A program made the position numbers and the translations under genes. A DNA stretch of 64,000 nucleotides, taken from the NCBI GenBank assembly GCA_950097015.1, contig CATNEN010000038.1, forward strand, positions 11,346,001-11,410,000. Direction: 5' to 3'. The stretch is from Macrostomum hystrix (Eukaryota; Animalia; Platyhelminthes). How positions within the stretch are numbered: the first letter of the stretch is position 1; each line of letters opens with the position of its first letter. The notes below the pieces were generated by a model. The model did no database searches and was not told the origin of the DNA. It saw nothing but the letters and a program-made list of their open reading frames with translations. Of this stretch, positions 60,742-64,000 are shown piece by piece.

Positions 60742-63700
60742 TCAGCCGCGGCAGCTCTCGATGCCGACGGGCGTCACGACGACTCGACCGTGCTGGCTGG
60801 CCGAGTTGCCGCCGGCTGTGGCGTTGCAGCGGCTGCCGGAGCAAAAGGAGCCTCCGCCACCTCCCGCCTGACCGGCTTCCGTGCCAGCTCCACCACCGCT
60901 GAAGCCGCCGCCGCCTCCGCTGCCTCCTTCGCTATATGCAACACCGCCGCCGCCGCCGCCAAAGCCGCCGCAGATATAAGACTTAGAAATCGGAATGGAA
61001 TTAAGTGGGCGTTAGTAGGAAGCAAAAGCCAAAAATAGCAACAGCAGAAAGTACGAGCAACCGAAAGGAGAATGATTAGACAAAATCCGCCCCCAGAGAT
61101 CAACTATTCATTTCAGCGCAGGCCCGGTTCGGCAGGACAGCAGCTGTGCCGACGTGGAGCTGCCGGAGACAGGATCCGCAGCTGTGCTGACGTGGAATGG
61201 CCCGAGACCGGAACGCAGCTGTGCTGACGTGGAGCTCCCGGAATCAACCCGGCCTGTCCCGACCTGCAGCTGCCTGCATCGACCCAACCCTGCCGAAACT
61301 GGAGCCGCCCGGACCCGATCGGGAACGAGATCGGGAGGAGGCCGAGACCGCACAAGAAAGCGGGATCGATGAAAGAAAAGGGGTTGGCGTGCCTGCCAAC
61401 CAACTAGTTTAATGATAATAACTGTACTAGACTCGAGGCTGCGACCTCACTCACCCCCAATTCTCATGCGTACTGTTGCTATGGTATTATCTCCCCCTCG
61501 GATCGAGGGGTTTTAAAGACACTATATATATCGGTGCAGAGCGCGGAAAAAGATTCGCCGCGCGAGTTAGTTAGAGACTTACTTTGAGCTCCGTTTAGAT
61601 AAACTTACTAGAAAATCAGTGTGTTTGCGTTCTTTCTTAAGTAGAATCAGCGATAACGATCTAGAGAGATCACTACGACCAACCGGTATACTGAGTATCG
61701 ATAGTCGTAGGAGTTATAGCCTTAAAGACTTTTAGACTGCAATAAACCGCTAGACAAACTATAGGAAAACTACAAGTGAAGAAGAGACATAAAACTTGAA
61801 GCGCTATAGAAGACACTACGCGGAATTACTTGAGAGCCGCAGTCGACGCCACCGCCGACCCAGCCGTCGACTCGGCCTCGTCCGCGGAGTCCCTCAGCGC
61901 TCGAGTTGGACATCCAGCCAGCTCCCGGACCGCCTGGGAGGCAAGACTCCGGGTTTTCACTCGCACACGGCACAGTGGACATGTCCATGCCCGGCTGTCC
62001 GTTCGCTCCTCCGAAGCCGATCGCCAGGAAGTTCAGCCCAATGGAGTCGGTTCCGTTCACTCCGTCCTGACCGTCAATGCCTGCAGAGAATGGCAAAGCT
62101 CACACTGAGCCGCACCCGCTCACAGCCAATCAGCAAACACTGCTCAGCTGAGCGTCTCTCACAGCCAATCAGCAAACACTGCTCAGCTGAGCGTCTCTCA
62201 CAGCCAATCAGCAAACACTGCTCAGCTCAGCGTCTCTCACAGCCAATCAGCAAACACTGCTCAGCTGAGCGTCTCTCACAGCCAATCAGCAAACACTGCT
62301 CAGCTGAGCGTCTCTCACAGCCAATCAGCAAACACTGCTCAGCTGAGCGTCTCTCACAGCCAATCAGCAAACACTGCTCAGCTCAGCGTCTCTCAAAGCC
62401 AATCAGCAATCACTGCTCAGCTGAGCGTCTCTCACAGCCAATCAGCAAACACTGCTCAGCTGAGCGTCTCTCACAGCCAATCAGCAAACACTGCTCAGCT
62501 GAGCGTCTCTCACAGCCAATCAGCAAACACTGCTCAGCTGAGCGTCTCTCACAGCCAATCAGCAAACACTGCTCAGCTGAGCGTCTCTCACAGCCAATCA
62601 GCAAACACTGCTCAGCTGAGCGTCTCTCACAGCCAATCAGCAAACACTGCTCAGCTGAGCGTCTCTCACAGCCAATCAGCAAACACTGCTCAGCTCAGCG
62701 TCTCTCACAGCCAATCAGCAAACACTGCTCAGCTGAGCGTGTCTCACCGTCGAATTCGGTCGAGGCGCCTCCGCCTCCGCCTGCAGCCAGCAGCAGCTCG
62801 CCGCGGTCGTCGATGTACACGAATGAGCCGCCACCTCCGCTACGACCGATACAGCTTTCACTTCCGCACTGACCGACGACAATGGACAGCACGGTGCCTT
62901 CGCTGAGGTTTAAGAAGCCCGAGATGGCCGCTCCTCTGCCGCCTCTCATTAAGACACCATAAGACTCATATGAGCCACCGCTGGCTCCGAAGGCCTCGAT
63001 GCGGTAGCAGCCAGTCTGCGGCACGGCGGCCAGCTGCACGGACGCGATGGAGCCTTTCTCTGCAAAGTCAGCAGTCAGGAATGAACGCAATCAACTCAGG
63101 AATGTCTCAGAGACACTCGTCATTCACAGGCTGAGCTGGTCTGCTCACACCGACTCACTCAGCTCAGGAAGGAAGGTGCCGTTGGCAGCTCGAATCGGAC
63201 TTCTCCGCGGGAAGCTCGCGGTCTGGTCGTAGAAGGTCTCAGTGAGCCACAGCTCATCGCCAGCGTTGCCTCCCAGGCTGACGGGCTCCCTCAGGCAGTG
63301 GGCTGACTGGGCATCGAACTCGAAGAAGTGCACCAGCTGGCAATGCTCAGTTCTGTTGCTGCTGAAGATCAGCAATGCGCAAAGCGTTTCGGCGCACCTG
63401 GCAGCGCAGAAGGCCAGCGAGTCGGCGTCAATCTCGAGCGTCACTTCGAAGCACGGCAAGCTGGAGTTCAGCCAAACCAGTCCATAGAACCTGCTCAGGC
63501 CGTTGCTGCTGTTCTGCCACTGAGCAGTGCTGCTGTCTGCAATGGTTTCAAGGACATTTCCGCATATCTGAAACCATTCAGTGCGCAATGGACATTGCAG
63601 GGGACATTGCAGTGACACTCACTTTGCAGGCTGTCGTTCAGTGCTGGCACCGGACTGAGAGCGTCCCGCCTGTCCTGCAGCCGCTGCTGAAAGTTCTCCA

Positions 63701-64000
63701 ACAGCCACACCAGCTCGCCGTCCTCCGAGCTGAAGCTGCCGACCGCCGAGCCGCCAGAAGCTCCGGGCGCGGAGGCCGCGGGAAACACTCGCAGCAGGCG
63801 GCACAGCCGGTCCATCGGCCTGAATGAGGCCAGGTCGCAGCGGTACATTCCGCACATCAGCTGGCAGTCCGTCAGGCCGCCTACAGTTCTGGCCACAATC
63901 TGGGAGGCTCCGTCCGCCTCCGCGAGCTCCACCGGACTGTCCGACTTCAGCATCGTGTGCCGGTAGCACTCCGCCCTCGCTCTGCCTGCTGAAGGCGTAG
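60742..64000 (-). CDS. Protein with two PAN/Apple-like Cys domains and an ALK/LTK-type glycine-rich domain, no TM or kinase; 5' end lies outside the window
   Basis: Exons >63999-63623, 63536-63159, 63059-62748, 62080-61830 and 60981-60742 splice in phase (1, 1, 1, 0). PAN-like patterns DCQLMCGMYRCDLASF..CRL and FCAARCAETLCALLIF..CQL. Gly-rich motifs VPQTGCYRIEAFGASGG, GGRGAAISGFLNLSEGTVLSIVVGQ, SGGGGSFV, LLLAAGGGGGA, GGFGGGGG, GGGGGFSGG, GGGGGSF and GGN..HGRVVV, then a stop. Confidence 0.8.
62118..62745. repeat. 39-bp minisatellite (CAGCCAATCAGCAAACACTGCTCAGCTGAGCGTCTCTCA)n, about 16 units, filling an intron
   Basis: Directly visible. Confidence 0.97.

Noticed and set aside
60774-61103. Ala-rich ORFs on both strands
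   Set aside because: Alternative frames of the Gly-rich terminal exon 60981-60742
61796-62872. 358-aa SQPISKHCSAERL ORF
   Set aside because: Antisense to real exons plus a 39-bp intronic array

Overview
This is eukaryotic (metazoan) genomic DNA, not prokaryotic. About 45% of the window (roughly 28 kb by eye) is made of over 30 different 8-60 bp minisatellite arrays, mostly filling introns. That organisation and the GC-rich exons resemble the flatworm Macrostomum lignano (inference only). Most long ORFs in the supplied track are repeat artefacts. Hand-splicing with phase-consistent GT-AG junctions gives: (1) the 5' part of a CELF3-6/Bruno-like RRM gene (-); (2) a TBATA/SPATIAL-like gene (-); (3) nested on the same strand in a TBATA intron, an intronless gene for a secreted 549-aa Tyr/Pro/Asn/Lys/Asp protein built from 16-aa repeats; (4) a RASEF/Rab45-like EF-hand Rab GTPase (+); (5) a GRD-like GABA-receptor Cys-loop subunit with an ADR filter motif (+); (6) an uncharacterised acidic protein (+); (7) neutral sphingomyelinase SMPD2-like (-); (8) the 3' part of a gene with two PAN/Apple-like domains and an ALK/LTK-type glycine-rich domain but no TM or kinase (-). 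Mobile DNA comprises a non-autonomous Helitron with a Pif1 helicase remnant, two hAT MITEs with 8-bp TSDs, three copies of a tRNA-derived CORE-like SINE and a second SINE-like family. The best novelty candidates are the nested secreted repeat protein, the PAN-PAN-Gly-rich protein, and minisatellites built from functional motifs (5' splice sites, Pol III B-boxes, CCAAT boxes).
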